64,000 nt of DNA from positions 310,001 to 374,000 of the forward strand of contig JBEWZL010000282.1 in the NCBI GenBank assembly GCA_045837725.1. Direction: 5' to 3'. The stretch comes from Vermamoeba vermiformis (Eukaryota). The notes under the pieces were generated by a model that did not search any database, was not told the origin of the DNA, and was given only the letters and a program-made list of their open reading frames with translations. The translations under genes and the position numbers were made by a program. Below are positions 1 to 13,856 of this stretch, piece by piece. How positions within the stretch are numbered: the first letter of the stretch is position 1; each line of letters begins with the position of its first letter.

Positions 1-255
1 CTTTACGATTAATGAATTAAAATTATTTTTGTTGAATAATTGTTTACTACCTTCCATCAAGTTCATCGCGATAATTTAGTGGATAATCCTATTTTAGTAA
101 ATAAGGGCTTATTGTAGTATACGAATCACGTAAGCAGGAGCAAAAGATTCGCGCGCCAAAAGTTCTATCTCCACCTCGAGATTTCTCGACACGTGACTCG
201 AGTGTACTGGCTTGAACTTCTGTAGTTTGATTTATTCGATAACAGACATCATAAC

Positions 256-2916
256 ATGGCAACTACACTCGAGGTATGAGACGATTAACATCTCGAAGCT
301 AACTCGATCGCAGAACTTGCCACTCTCCGTTGGCCTGTCCGTCGCCAAACTTCGATCCGTCATTCTTTCTTTGACGGAGAACGTCGAAAGCTTACAAGTA
401 ACTGCTAATACATTAATCGCTAAGCTAATCACGCCAAATTTAGGCTCAACAACTTGAAAATGATGAGAGATTCAAAGAATTTAAAACAGAAATTGAATTG
501 GCTCGCACTAACGGGTCAAATTCCAATGCGGCAATCTCTTTCGATTTTAATACTTCGAAGGTATTTATTTTCATCATTTTTGAAATTAATTCTGACAAGT
601 TATTATTAAGGCGGACAGTAGCGCACTATCGCTCGAAAATGCCAAGCTTCAAAAGGACCTAGAAGAGGCCGTGCATATTATAGAGTCTAAGACGCAAGTC
701 ATAGAGTCGTTAAACAAGAAGGTGCTTCTTGTCGAGTCAGATCTTGCTCAAAAAGATAAAGAGCTCAGCCAGAAGAATTCTCAGCTAAAGAACGTCGACA
801 TGATGATATCGGTATTTCAGAAGAACATGAGTTCGGTGAGATCTCAGTTTTCAGAAGTTCAGGAACGCTTCCATAAAGAGCAAGCTTCCGGTACGTGATC
901 GGCAGATCTCCCTTTCAGTGATACTGAGGTTTCTTTTATTAGTGGACAAACTCAAGCGAACTCATGAGAACATCATGCAATCACAGAAGATGAATCAAGG
1001 TAAGCATAAAGCATATGCGGATCTTGTTCTGATCTGATCTGAACGTTGCCAGAGGACATTAACAAGCTGACTCTCGAGAACAAGATGAAGCAGTTGAAGA
1101 TCAAGACGCAAGACGAGAAGATCACTGACATGTACAGCAAGTTGCGCGAACAAGCTACGCTACTCGAGGAGACCAAGCTGAAGCTCCAATCAATATCCTT
1201 ACTGCAGTTGTTAATCACTAACCATATCATGCTAATGACCCTTAACTAATGTGCACGAGATAGAGCTTCGTAGCGTCGCTGAGGGGTTCGCTGAAGAAGT
1301 TAGAAAAGAAAAAGAATTCTTTTGCGAGTCACTCAAGGCCTCTGAACGGCTGCTGACCGACACGACACAACTGTTGAGACAGCGCGAGGAGGCGTACACC
1401 GATCTAGTCAACGAGAAGTCGGCGTTGGAGAAACGCATTGATGCACTCAAACAGGCGTTGGATGAGAAGACCAATCCCGTGGAGTGCACGGAGCACAAAG
1501 ACAAAATTAAGAGACTGGAAGAACAAGTGAAGCAATTGAGCGATAAAAACAAAGAGCTCGCTGACAAAGTGAAGACCTATCAGAGCAGGTACGTCGATAG
1601 CGCTCATCATTAAGTAACGTACTTAGACGAGTGCAGGGAGCTAGTGCTGAAAGAGGAAGTGATCCTGCACGACAAGAAGATCGGTAAGGCCAATGAAGAG
1701 CTGCAGACCGTGTCCAAGTCACTTCAGTCGTACAAAGATTTGAGTGCGCTGCAAGAGAAGAAGTTAGAGACACTTCAATCAGAGCTCGAGTCTCACAAAA
1801 CACTCATCGTGAGGTTGGAAGAAGGTACGGCCTAAGAGTATTCTCAACTGTGCTTACTGGTGCGTAGAGCTATTGAAAGCAGACAAGAAAGTTACTCGTC
1901 AGCTCCCAACACCTGTCGCGTCAAACTCGCCGCCAAAATCCATTGCTCCACCTACACAAGCTGACTCGCCCCTCTCTGCTGGAGGACGGAAGTTTTTCAC
2001 ACCACCGCTCCCACGACCCATGACCTCATCTCCAACGCAACAAAAAGCGATCAAGCTAGCGCTTGTTTATGCAGACGAAGATGAGCCAAGTGTTGCGGTG
2101 GAGAACGAAGTGCGTGACTTTGAAGAAGATGCTGTGCCTCAAAATGAATTCAAACAAGTCATAAATGACGAGGAGCTTCAGGTAACACTATGGAGAGTCC
2201 ACTTCAACAGTGCTTACTAACTAACTGCTCAGGAGGACTTGTTCGTGCTTGACTTTGACATGCCAAACAGAGGTGGCAACACTGTGTCAGAACAGATGGA
2301 AGTAGACGCAGTAGATGACGAGGACTACGACTTTGATGCATTCCAGCGAGCCTCCTCGATGTACCCTTCAAGTGGAAAGCAAGGAACACGACCTAATCAC
2401 TTGTCCTCATCCGCGGCGGGCATGAGGAAGAACAACCTCGACGACTTCATTCAGGTGACGCCACGAGGTCGACCAGCGCAATCAAAGCCACAAGCGCAGC
2501 AGCATGGCACGGCCGGTACCCAGCACACTAGCAACGCGAACACTAGTGCTAACACAATGCGTGCGCCGATTGGACCGTCATTCAGCACGTACAAATACAA
2601 ACAAACGGCCAAGAAGACGTCTTCCAATAATACAAACTCCTCCATTGATGCTCTTGGCTGTTGCTCGGATCAGCACAAGCACGGACCCACTGTAAGTATT
2701 GCAGCATCCCAGCCTCCTGGCGCCACCTTACACTGCCACAGATAATATGCACGTCATGTCGCAAAAAGTTCCACCACTCCTGTTTGAGACAAAACGATAG
2801 CCGCACACTGATCAAAGGTACAGTCCTTTTAACCAATTCTTCCACTGACATTGCACGCAGAGCCATTCACGTGCGTATCATGTGCCAGCAAGCGAAAACC
2901 ACGAGCCAAGAAGTGA
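256..2916 (+). CDS. Long coiled-coil protein with acidic/SP-rich linker and C-terminal PHD-like zinc finger (multi-exon, one AT-AC intron)
   Basis: Manual splicing from ATG 256 (MATTLE/NLPLSVG...) links heptad-rich ORFs 671-898, 1046-1249, 1251-1613 and 1644-1835. The end reads CCSDQH..CTSC..HHSC..FTCVSC..RAKK* (TGA 2914-2916). Confidence 0.65.
1193..1256 (+). other. U12-type AT-AC intron
   Basis: 5' site ATATCCTT (1193-1200), branch CCCTTAAC (1239-1246), 3' AC (1255-1256). Removal joins ...KLQS to EIELRS... in frame and skips the stop at 1247-1249. Confidence 0.9.
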
Positions 2917-2961
2917 TACTAATCACATTTATATACTATTAACACTACATACAACGAACAC

Positions 2962-4289
2962 CTATTCCCAGCCGTGTTGTTGTGCCACTCGGTGGAAGGC
3001 CTGAACAGGTGTCAATAAATTGTAACACTGCCAATCGCAGCACTTACCTCTTTAGCTTCAGCTTCGGTGTATTCGCTACAACAAATCACTGTTAGTACTG
3101 TTACTGTATCAACTAGTGCACGTACAAATTAGTGCCCTCGAGTCTCGCACCGCCTTCAATCATCTCACTGCGAATAGCAACCAAGACACTTTCAATGGTG
3201 TTCGCTGCGTGTGTTAGGTTAGTGACGGTGTTTGCATGAACCGCGTGAAGCACTTACCTGGCAGCCAACCACTGCGCGTCAACATCTCCATGCAAATACT
3301 GCCACCCACTGTCACGTGCCCTGTTCTGTAAGCAAAGCGTGGCTTGACAACACGAATGAACGGTGGAGACCACGGGAAATCGTTCGGGAATTTGACTTCT
3401 AATTCGACGTGGTCCTGTGTAATGTCGTTAGGCTGACTTCTAATACGTGTGCTAGTATTTACCGTTCCGTATGATTTCTTGTGTCGTTGCAAGTCGCGTC
3501 CTAGATCTGTGTCGAGACTGAAATTTGTGAATTTAACGCGCCACTTGTAGAAATTATCATCGTCAACTGGTCCTCCTTCAATGCCCTACAGTGGCCTATT
3601 AGTATTATGCAATTCGCATCACCTGTCGTTGCGTACGTATTCTTTTGGGTCCATTTTGCACATAGTCTCGTATTCTTTGATCAATCTCTTCGTGGCCCCA
3701 GCACTGCCCTTGCCAGTGAATCGTTGGTCGTCGAGCTGTGCGTGTGAAATAAGCATTGTTAATATCACTCGTGTCGGTCAAGTGATTGGATCTAATTACA
3801 CTTATTGCCTTGGCGACTGCTGCTTGTTTCTGTCAGAATAGGATCGATTATTAATATGTTCATATGGCTATGATGTCAAAGTACCTTTGGTTCCTCTTCT
3901 GACGAACTTTCTTCCTGTAATCGAAGCACGTTAAAAACGTCTAAAAAAAGGAAATATTTGCAGACATCAAAATAATTTTGAGTAATTTGTTGATGAATTA
4001 TTATAATTATAAGGCCTATATTGTTCGATAATCAAGATCCCGCCAATTTTAAATATTAAAATATATTTCGAATTAATTTTACACGCGGCTGAATAGAGCA
4101 AATAAAGCCATTGCACTTACTGAACTCTTCTCAATTTTAGCCTTCTTCTTCGGTGGTTCATCGACTGTCGGCTCGGCAGATCGCTTCAAGTGACAGATCA
4201 GTTGTCGTGTTCAAGCACAATGCTGCGAATACAGTTTATCGGATACGGCAGTTACCTTTGTTGGAGTAACCTTCTTCTTAGAGCTCATA
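2962..4289 (-). CDS. UBE2Q: Ubiquitin-conjugating enzyme E2, UBE2Q-like
   Basis: Spliced product includes ATKRLIKE, DDNFYKWRV, FPNDFPWSPPFIRVVKP, GHVTVGGSICMEMLT and ends HGWE*. Confidence 0.88.
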
Positions 4290-4430
4290 TTGTAACGATA
4301 ATAATTGTTAGTTGTGCTGTTCTTCAGAACTGCAATTTAAAATAAAAATCAAAGAACAGATCTGAGAATTTGTTTCCGTCGAAAAATTAGTTCTATTTAC
4401 AGTTTATATGAGTTAATATATTACAAGGTA

Positions 4431-5492
4431 TTATTTCTTCGCAGTTGTCTTTAATTGCAATCGATTTCCTTTCTTATCCCTCGTTGAGTCTGCATCTGCA
4501 CCGTTACTCTCAGCAGTATTACTACTACTATTACTAGCAGTATTGTATTACTCGAACTAGCTTGCAGTTGTGCTTGTCTGGCCAGGCCCTTCTGTCTAAT
4601 TGCTTGGCGGCGCTGTTCCAACACTTGTTGTCGCTTCATCTGAAAACTCTTGTGCTTCTCGCGCCCCTCTTTGGTCTCTTCAATCAACTGGTTCAATATC
4701 TTGCGCTGTTCACCCTTGCGCTGTCGTTCAATATCATCTACAAGACCACTAAGTTAGTATTCATGAATTCGAATTGGATGTGCATCCGCTACGTACCGTC
4801 ATCGTCTTGCAATGCGCTCTCTTCCCAAGCGCGTCGTTCATTCTCTTGCGCAATGTCGTGGTGATAGAACTGCGGCTCGTCAGGCGGCATGAGACCCTTG
4901 GCCTGCATATAGGCCTTCTGTTCAAAGTCGATCAGCTGATCTTCTTCTTTGCGCTTCTGATCTCCTCCCAACACTTCGCCGCGCACAAACTTGTCGTACA
5001 CTTTCTCTTTTTCTTGTAATTTCTGCTGCGAGGCTGCGATCTGTGCGCTGAGTGGCTTCGAGTCGCCTTTGAGTTGGATTCTGTCGCGCTTGATCCGCTC
5101 GTCAATGCCTTTATTACTCGATGCAATATCACCTGCTGCGGTCTTTTGTATCTTCGCTGGTCGTTGGCCGGACTTGACTGCTTGTTGTACTTGCGCTACT
5201 TCAGCTGTCAATTCGAGGATCTGTTTCGAACAAAATGTTAGATTAATTTATTTAAATTTATTTTGCTAATATTTATTATATTCACTGAGCTGATATTTGC
5301 GCCATTAAAAATAAGTGGATCAGAAATAATTATTTTGGAAAATTCAAAAATTATTCTAAGCGCTTAGTTTGGCAGCACGCGCAGTTGAATATCATATACA
5401 TGTAATTATTTATTTATTTACACGTATTAAATTGTCAATAGACTTACCGCTCCGGCAGACACTCCTTCGATCTTATTAACTTTCCTCCACAT
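4431..5492 (-). CDS. CCDC174: CCDC174-like coiled-coil protein
   Basis: ILELTAE, NKGIDERIKRD, KLQEKEKVYDKF and LIDFEQK resemble CCDC174-family blocks from memory. The 3' end is ambiguous (stop at 4451 or 4431). Confidence 0.6.
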
Positions 5493-5868
5493 CCTTCAAC
5501 GCTTGTCTTAAACCTGATTATAGTGCTATAGTTGCATGTTATTGCTAGAGAACTTTGAGAATAATTAAAAAAATGAAACGAAGAACAAGAACAAGAATTG
5601 GCAAGCACGTGACTTGTTTTGCCGCTACAAAACAGTCACGTACAGGCAATATAAATCCACGCTTATTCGCTAATTTCGTTTTATTTTCGGCTAGTAATAC
5701 GTCGAGGCAAAGATGATGGGCTGAAAATATTTCGCTTAAAGTTGGCTGATTTTAGGGTTGGATGTGGTTGGTTGGTTTTGGTGAATAAATAATCAACTAT
5801 GCGCATCGTTATTATAATACAAGGGTTAAGTTGCTGTTTGCAGTGTTGTATTGAGTCGTGCACCGTTC

Positions 5869-8769
5869 TTATTTAGCCTTGAACAGCACGCTGTAGGGAC
5901 TCTCAGGCACGAACTTCTTGAGCTTGAAAGTGGTCTTGCAGGCCTTGTGCGCCTTCAAGAACGAGGGTTGTTCACCGGGGATGTCTTCCACTTTGTAGCC
6001 CCGCTCTGTTCGCATGATCTTCTTGTGGTAGATCTCGCCCTTCTTGTCGATGTACGTCAGTGTCAGACCTGTCAGATCTGTCGAGCTGAAGCGGTACAAG
6101 TAGCAGTGTTGTTTGGTCGATGTTTGGGCCCACTGACTCTTCACCAATGTCGCGGCCTTGGACGCGTTGAAGAAGCCGTGGAAGTACGGCCGTGACAGCA
6201 CGTCTTTGATGCGTGCGAAGAACTCTTCAACAGGCTGCAAGGGGCCAAACAACGACACGACACGACAGAAGCGGTCAAATGTGATCGTGTCGTCGAAGGA
6301 GTCGCAGAGCACGGCGTTGAAACACTTCAAGTGGATCTTCTTGATGCGCGAGAAGTCGAGTTTGAGGCACTCAATGAACACCTTTTCAAAGTCCTGGTAC
6401 AACACCTTGGTGTTCTTAGGCTCAAATGACTGCTTAGAGAGAAGGCTCTGTTAGTCCGAATTCAAATGCAGCACAATGTGACACGTACACTAGTGATCTT
6501 GCCGCGCCACAGACGCTTAATGACCTTCTTGCCCACATTGTCGGGACAGAGCATGTCAGTCACCACTTGCTCGTACTTCTTCAAGATCTGTGGGAAGTAA
6601 GGACGCTTGTCGGGGTCTTGGTGCCAGCACAGCGCCAACAACTCTTGCAAGCTCACGGGCCAGTCAGGCTCAACGGGTGGACGGAAGCCTGCCAACACGT
6701 GTCGCGTCAACTCTTCTTTTCCTTTTATGGTGGGGAACAACTGCTTCAAGCTGACTAACTCCCACAACATGAGGCCAAAACTGAAGCGTCGTTAGTTGGG
6801 AACAAGCTATATGAAGTACGCTAGGCACATACCTATACACATCAGTCTTCTCACTATAAGGATAAATCGAGATTGTTTTGTCGTATCGTGCACGAAGGAT
6901 CTCAGGCGGAGAGTATTTTACATTGCCTTTGAAGCCGCGGCACACGAGATCTTTGGTCAAGTGCAGTGACAGACCAAAGTCACTGATCTTCACTGTCCAG
7001 TCATCAGCCACCTGTAGTCATCACACATTAGGCCCGTTCTTGTGTTCAAATGTCATTAGTGAGTGACACGTACCAAGAGATTGGCCAACTTCAAGTCACG
7101 ATGTACAATGTTGTGGGCGTGGAGCCAGCCAAGTCCAGCAGCAATGTCAGCACCGATTTTGAGTCTGGTCGTGAGGCTCTTGACGTCATTCAAACAGTCC
7201 TTCAAGTTACCGCGACTCAAGTACTCCGTCACGATTACAACTTGGTTGAGTGGATTCAGGCACGCACCCATCAGCATCACTACATTCGGGTGTTTCAGTC
7301 GTCTATATCATACATTAGTATACACGACGGTATTTAATAGTGTTAGGCACTCACTTCATCAATCGCAGCTCTTCGAGAGTTGATTCGGCATCGCGCTCTT
7401 GCAGCTCTTTTTTAATTATTTTACATGCCACAGGAAAACCATGATACAAAGCCTGCACACGACATTAAGTCCCTAGTAATACTAATATACTAATTCCTGC
7501 ACTTACTTTATATACATCGCCGTATTTGCCCTCGCCGATCTTGCGGATCAATGAAATGTCTTCCCAATTTACAGTGTCTTCCATTTGCAGAGATTTGAAC
7601 AAGTTTTGTGCCACGGCATTGGACTCGTGTTCCAAGCCATATTTGGTCAGTATTTGCATCAATAATTCCACTCCTCCTTCGCGCTCAATACGGCGCATGT
7701 TTTTCTCTGAAACAGATCACAACGTTATTTAATATAATTAGATCAAGTATAATCTTATAATAGCAGGCTTATAATATTATTTCCACTATAATATCAGTGC
7801 TCATGACTTACCATTGTTCGCTGACAAGTTCCTCAGTGTCAACGCGCTGTTTCGCTGTAATTTTTCGACATTTGAGCGCAAAAAATTAACCAAGTACGGA
7901 ATAGCACCTTCTCGGCCTATAATTTTCTTATTCTCCTCTAAAAATTAAAATTAACAATTGAAATTAAAAACGGAAATTGCAATATAAAATAATTTCAGTT
8001 CTACGCACCCAAGAAGGACAAATTTCGCAGAGCACCAACAGCTTCGTTTTGTAGCTTAATATCGCCGCTCTTTAATATTCGGACTAGTGTTCCTACACCG
8101 CCTTCATCAACTATCCGTTTTTTATTGCGATCTGCAGGAAAAAGGCTTAGAATACGTCCCAAAGCATAAGTATAATCAATAAATATTAAATCAATACATT
8201 AAAGTAATAAATACACGTGTCGAATCCGTTTCTTACCGTTTACCGACAAATTCCATAGAGTTGCAGCACACGACAATTTCAGGTTGGGATCATCGCGGCC
8301 TTGTAATAGGTGAATTAAAATAGGCACTGCACCTTCCTTTGCAATCTTCTCTTGATTTTTTTCTGTGTAAAGATCCCGATTTAGCGTCAATTATTTAATC
8401 GGAGTAGAATTTAATTAATTAAGCGATAATTGACCCATACCGTGGACAGAAATGCTTCGCAATAATTTCGCAGCGTTTTGTTGTACTTCTAGATCATTTG
8501 CTTGCAGCAATTCGAGCAAAACCTCCGCGCCACCTTCATCTCCAATCCTTTCTTTCGATGAAGCTGTTTAACAAAAATAACGTGTAAATCGTTGATAATT
8601 AATCGTAAATATGCGATATTTATAACTACGGACCATCTCCACGCGAAATAGCCCTCAAATCTTCAATTGATTCCAAAATCTCTTCGCGGTTGTTTGAATT
8701 CCTTAATGTCTGTATTAGTCTCGGAATCTGGCTCACCTCCAACTCCGAGGAGGTGGTTGAATCTTGCAT
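5869..8769 (-). CDS. Armadillo-repeat + TKL protein kinase + SH2 domain protein (Shk-like)
   Basis: About five ARM repeats (e.g. KIAKEGAVPILIHLL..SCAATLWNLS), kinase motifs IGEGKYG, HRDLKLAN, DFG and KTDVY, and a C-terminal SH2 (YFHGF...YLYRFSST...IYHKKI). Confidence 0.85.
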
Positions 8770-9046
8770 GGTGTTATTCTACACCTCTGTTCTACGGTTT
8801 CCGTGTGCTTATCGAAATTGGATGCATTAAAAATTAGACCCGACAAACCTACAGCGAATCACAACAGCACCTCGGAAAATTTACGATTTCCCGACAATGA
8901 GCTAACGAGCAGTTGAGGCATCGGGCGAGTCAGGTACGTTAAATTACACCCATTAGCGTCGGTTTATTTACACGCGACCTCACGATCCAAACGCCTTAAT
9001 GAGTCCTGCTATAATACAATTCTTTAGCACCCAAAATTGCTGCCCA

Positions 9047-10524
9047 TCACTCCTGGTGCTCGTTGTCATATAATACATTGTTGATGTTGAGATTGTTGTT
9101 GCTCAAATTCAAACCGTTATTCACCGGATCGAGCTCGAGCGACTGATTCAAGCCATTAGTTCCTCCATTACTCATATTCAGTGCAAAGCTTGGTATCATC
9201 AGTGACGAGGAGACAGTTAAGTTGTTGTGTTGCTGCGAGTCTGTCAGTTGATGTGGCACTGCGTTGTAACTGACATTGTTCGCGTCCTCAGCCGTCAAAT
9301 TGAACATGTCTTTCAGCCCCGCAGAGTTCATCAGTGTTTGGAAGATGAGCGGGTTGTATTGCGCGAGCTGACTCAGCGCCAAGTTGACCTCACCCGGGGC
9401 AATCTGTGCACATAACGTTAACCAAAAGTCACTGTTTAGAAGTCGACTGCAGCACTGGTACTTACTTGAATAGGCTGTTCAGGTGCCGGGAGTGCTTTGA
9501 CTTTGTGGTGGTCATCGTACTCTTTCTTCTGCGAGAAATAGCGGTGCTTGTCACTGCGCGCCATCTCTTCGTACGGCTATTGACACATGAGTACGCGTTA
9601 CCCACACTCGTACTATTATGAGTATCACTTACGCGTCGCTCTTCAGCCGAGGCATTCTTCCACTGCTTGCTCAATATCTTCGCAATGTCCGAGAAGCTCA
9701 GCTCAGGATTGTTTCGTTTGAGTTCATGTCGCTTTTCATTCGAGTAAAAGATGTACGCTGAACTGTTGCGCTTTGGCGCTGTTGGATCTTTCTTACTCCG
9801 CTTCTTTCGCGGCTTGCGATCTGCTTCATCGTCAACGTCACGCGGCGTCATTTGCTGCAGCTTCTTTTCGTTTTGATAACGCTCTTTATCTTTCTCAGCG
9901 AGCTCTTCGTAGATCTAGATTGGAATCGTCACGTTAATTCCTTTGTTTTATTTACTAGTATTATTTAAATAAGAAATACTGCGGTTTTGTCATCTATATA
10001 ATACTGTGCCACAATAGGCTCAATTAAGAGAGATATTGTAATTTTAAATAATTATTATAAATTACCTTTTTCTCTTCTTTGCCCGCATCCATCCACATTC
10101 GACCCAGAATTCGTGTTATGTCAGGTGTGGTAACATCTGGAAATATTTTTCGCACGTAAGGACGATGGCAATTGGCAAAGAACATGTAAGCGGACAGATT
10201 TCTTTTCGGTGCGGTTGATATTGGTCTGGTCCTTTTTCTTCCTCGTGCATCACGTTTAACCTCAGTAGTAGGACCATTGTCAACATCTGCATCTGCTTCT
10301 GGATTAAGTCCGATCGGATAGCCGCCGTATTGCTGCAACAGTACTGAAGGATAGAGCGCAGGCATACCAGTGAGCTCCACTTGATGGGACAGCTGACCCT
10401 CTGCTAATTGCGTTGGATCTAGCTCCGAGGCTGCATGAATGTCGCTTGAGATCCTACTTGAAAAGCTGGTGTCACTTGGTTCATCTGTCCCGAGATCTGA
10501 TAGTTCTTTATCATCCAAGTTCAT
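9047..10524 (-). CDS. Tandem HMG-box protein with Asn-rich C-terminus
   Basis: Two HMG boxes (APKRNLSAYMFF...ILGRMW and APKRNSSAYIFY...ILSKQW) joined by canonical GT-AG introns. Confidence 0.88.
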
Positions 10525-11416
10525 AAATCAGTCCCCGTAATTTCTGTCGTTATTGATTTCCCTCTAAGATTGTAATGCGCTCTAAAAGTCAATGCGAAAT
10601 ACATTTTTTTTTCTTTTTCATTTTTTTGGTCTGAGAAGTCTGGGAATGACAACTTATATGGCGCTTCATGTTGCCGGAGCTTAAGCGCCAACTAGACAGC
10701 CGACAAACTTCATAAAGAAGCCCTTTAAAAACAGATCTTAAAAACGGGTCAACCTATAACTGCCGTATCTTCATGATCCTTTGAAGTACAACAATAAATT
10801 AACTCGTAAATTGCTCAACACCGAATCAAAATCTCTCCCTGAGATGTCGCTCTGATTCTGATATTGTGGGCCAAATTCTTGCGGAGAATCGCGTTAAAAT
10901 TTGATGCTGTTGGCGGGATAGATAGCTGTTATAGTTCTTGTTGTGGTAATAGTTAGCATCTATTCTTTGTATTATTTGTTAATAGGTGAGTAACAATTGG
11001 GTTGGATTGATTGCATGATTTTTTGGCCGAGCGATTCGCATCTAAGCAGTTGGAAGATTTTATAGCAGCTAAACTTTATATAAAATGATTGCATAAATAT
11101 ATATTGGATTTGTAGAAGATGATATTGAGGAAGATACGCGACAATTTAATGCAGAGAAAAGGAATACTGATCAAAAAAGCAAAAATAATTAAAGCAGCAA
11201 ATACTCCCCTTTGGACGAATTATAGATGTATATTAAGATCGTGGCAAATATTTGTTGAAATGGAAGCAACCAAAAACAACGGGGCACTTGCTGATTAGAT
11301 TCTGAATCGGTTACCCGCCAAAAACAGCGGCCATTGAATTGTTTAATCAATCCAACACCATATTAATTATACATATTTTATAATAGATCGTTCTAATATA
11401 ATTATATTACCGTAGA

Positions 11417-12969
11417 ATGGAGAGAAAACCCAAGTTCATTTCAGGAGTCCACGAGGCCCAAGGACGCCGTGAGACTATGGAGGACACGCACGTCTTATTT
11501 GATATTGTTAAAGAAACCATTACTGACTTGAGCGGCAATCCTGATGATGCTGTTGCTTTTTACGGTGTTTTTGACGGCCACGGTGGAGTAAGTGATCCTT
11601 ATTTTTAAATAAGACGATTTGTATAATCGCCTGCGTAATTATTTTATTTGCACATTTTTTGTTAATTTTACGGCCACAAGGATCTGTTTTCATAAATAAT
11701 TTATCGAATTAATTTTCGGATCTTTCGTCGCAGTTTATTGGCAATTAGTTGAAATTCTAATCATTGATATCGCATACAACTCATAAATACTCACTTTATC
11801 CTATTTAAAGGTCGATGCAGCCATTATGGTTAAAGATAACTTGCACAACAATATTTTCCTGTCTGAGGCTTGGAAGAGCGGCAATATTGAAGGAGCATTG
11901 AATAACGGCTTCGAAGTCACTGACGACCAAATCATTAAACAAAGTATTGAAAAGGTACGTTAGATCCAGCTGAAACTTGCTTCGGATAATCTGTTCGTCA
12001 ATTACTTAACCGCACTTTAATCCGCTATTTGACGACTGAATATTCACCGCACACTTTTATGCGCAGGGCTGGATGAACGGAAGTACAGCCGCCGTTGCCT
12101 TGTTTCATAATTTGTCCTTGTACATAGCTAATATTGGTGACTCTGAGGCACTTTTAATCAAAAAGACGTACGTAATCTCGATGCCATATTGAACCATAAT
12201 AGACGTAATATAATTATATTCGACGACTAATACACGACCATTATAGTGCTGATGGTCAATGGGAACCAGAGGCCTTAACCACACTGCACAAACCTTCAGA
12301 TCCGAGTGAAAAAGAACGAATTGAAAAGTTGGGCGGTCACGTCTTTTTCGGCCGCTTGTTTGGTGCTTTAGCCGTTTCACGCTCATTCGGTGACTCGAAA
12401 TTCAAGGTATGTACAGCATAGTTTGTATACGAGCTTCAGAAATGATTCTCAATACTGCTTCAGATCCCTAAAACAGCTCAAAACTTTGTCTCTTGGGAAC
12501 CCGCTATTAAGAAAGTAGAAATTGTGCCCGAACAACACAAGTGAGTGCTTCAGTATAGCAGTTGTCGTTACAGTGAACTGATCTGTTCTTGATTAGATTT
12601 TTAGTGCTCGCTTGCGACGGCTTGTGGGACGTGATGAACCACCAACAAGTCGCTGACTTTGTAATCAAGGCCCGATATGAACAGAACAAAAACCCTTCTG
12701 AAATTAGCAAGCTGTTGGTCCGTGAAGCATTGAACAAACGAACTGAAGATAACGTGACAGCAATTGTTGTGTGCTTGGACTGGGGTGACGAGCCCACTGA
12801 GTCCACCACCAGCGAGCCCAAGTTGGAACACACGCAATCAAACTCTTCTTCGGCCACTGAACATGTGGAGAACTCGCCTTCAAGCAGCCAAGAGACTAGC
12901 GAGCCTCAACCCTCAACCGAGGCCACTGATGCTGACGACGGTAGCAAGACACCTAAACTCGATCAATAA
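11417..12969 (+). CDS. Protein phosphatase 2C (PPM family)
   Basis: RETMED, GVFDGHGG, ANIGDS, LAVSRSFGD, LACDGLWDV and EDNVTAIVV motifs across exons. Confidence 0.95.
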
Positions 12970-13205
12970 GAGCGCTGTTTACGGGGGGCTACACTGCGTG
13001 CAGCAATGTATTTGTTGACAATGACTTCGTGGTCGTGCCAATTTTTAACCACCTTTTGTTTGTTCACATTATAAGTAAATCCGTTTTAATTAACTCCTCG
13101 TGCATTCAATACATAATATAGTAATATAGAATATAGTCACTAGCTGTGATAATGGAGTTTATTATACAAGTGTTGGTCTATTAACAAGGCCCCATGACAG
13201 GCACG

Positions 13206-13856
13206 CTAATTCTCGCTCTTCGCTTCAGTGTCAGCAGGCTTATCCTCACCCTCGCTCTTGTCCTCGTGCTTATCGTCTTTATTAGTGCTGCTCTCGTCTT
13301 TGCTCTGCTCCTCGTCTTTGTTTGTTGCTGTCACTTTAGATCCGGTTTCAGTCTTCTGCTTCTTGCGTGCCTCTTGTTGCTTTTGTTTCATCTTCTTTCG
13401 CTTTTGACTTTTTTTGTTTCGTTTTCTTTCTTCTTCTTCGACTCGTTGTTGCTTTTTCGCCTCCCAATCCGAGTTAAGTTTTTCCTGATCTCGTGTCAAA
13501 TAAACATCCCAAGGATACCACTGCTAAATAAACTTACTAATCTAGCTTCGTCTTCCATCTTTTTAATGCGTGCTTGTTCTCGCTTCTTTTGCATTTGATA
13601 GTTATGAAATTCACCGCTGCCCGCTCCAGCAGACGAGCCTAAAAAAATTTAAAAATTACAACCCAGTACATAATAATTATATGCACAATATTAACATGTG
13701 TTTCAGAATAGTTCCGAATTTTTCTGGGTGCTCTTAATTTTTTTGGGCTCCAAAATAATATCGGATCTTCTTACTTGGTGTATTACGAACAACAATAGGT
13801 TCATTCGATGCAAGAGCATCATATAGCTGTACTTCTTTCTTTCCAGACTCGCTCAT
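13206..13856 (-). CDS. PRKRIP1: PRKRIP1-like (DUF1168) splicing factor
   Basis: SSAGAGSGEFHNY signature followed by a charged helix and Lys-rich tail. Confidence 0.88.

Noticed and set aside
4431-4560. Possible programmed frameshift at the CCDC174-like 3' end
   Set aside because: An alternative frame (SNSSSNTAESNG...KK*) looks more protein-like, but a small GT-AG intron or a 1-nt assembly indel in an AGT/AAT repeat explains it. No slippery site seen.
13511-13518. GTATCCTT on the minus strand in PRKRIP1 as a fifth U12 donor
   Set aside because: It lies inside an intron that already has a GTAAGT donor giving the right frame, and no U12 branch follows.
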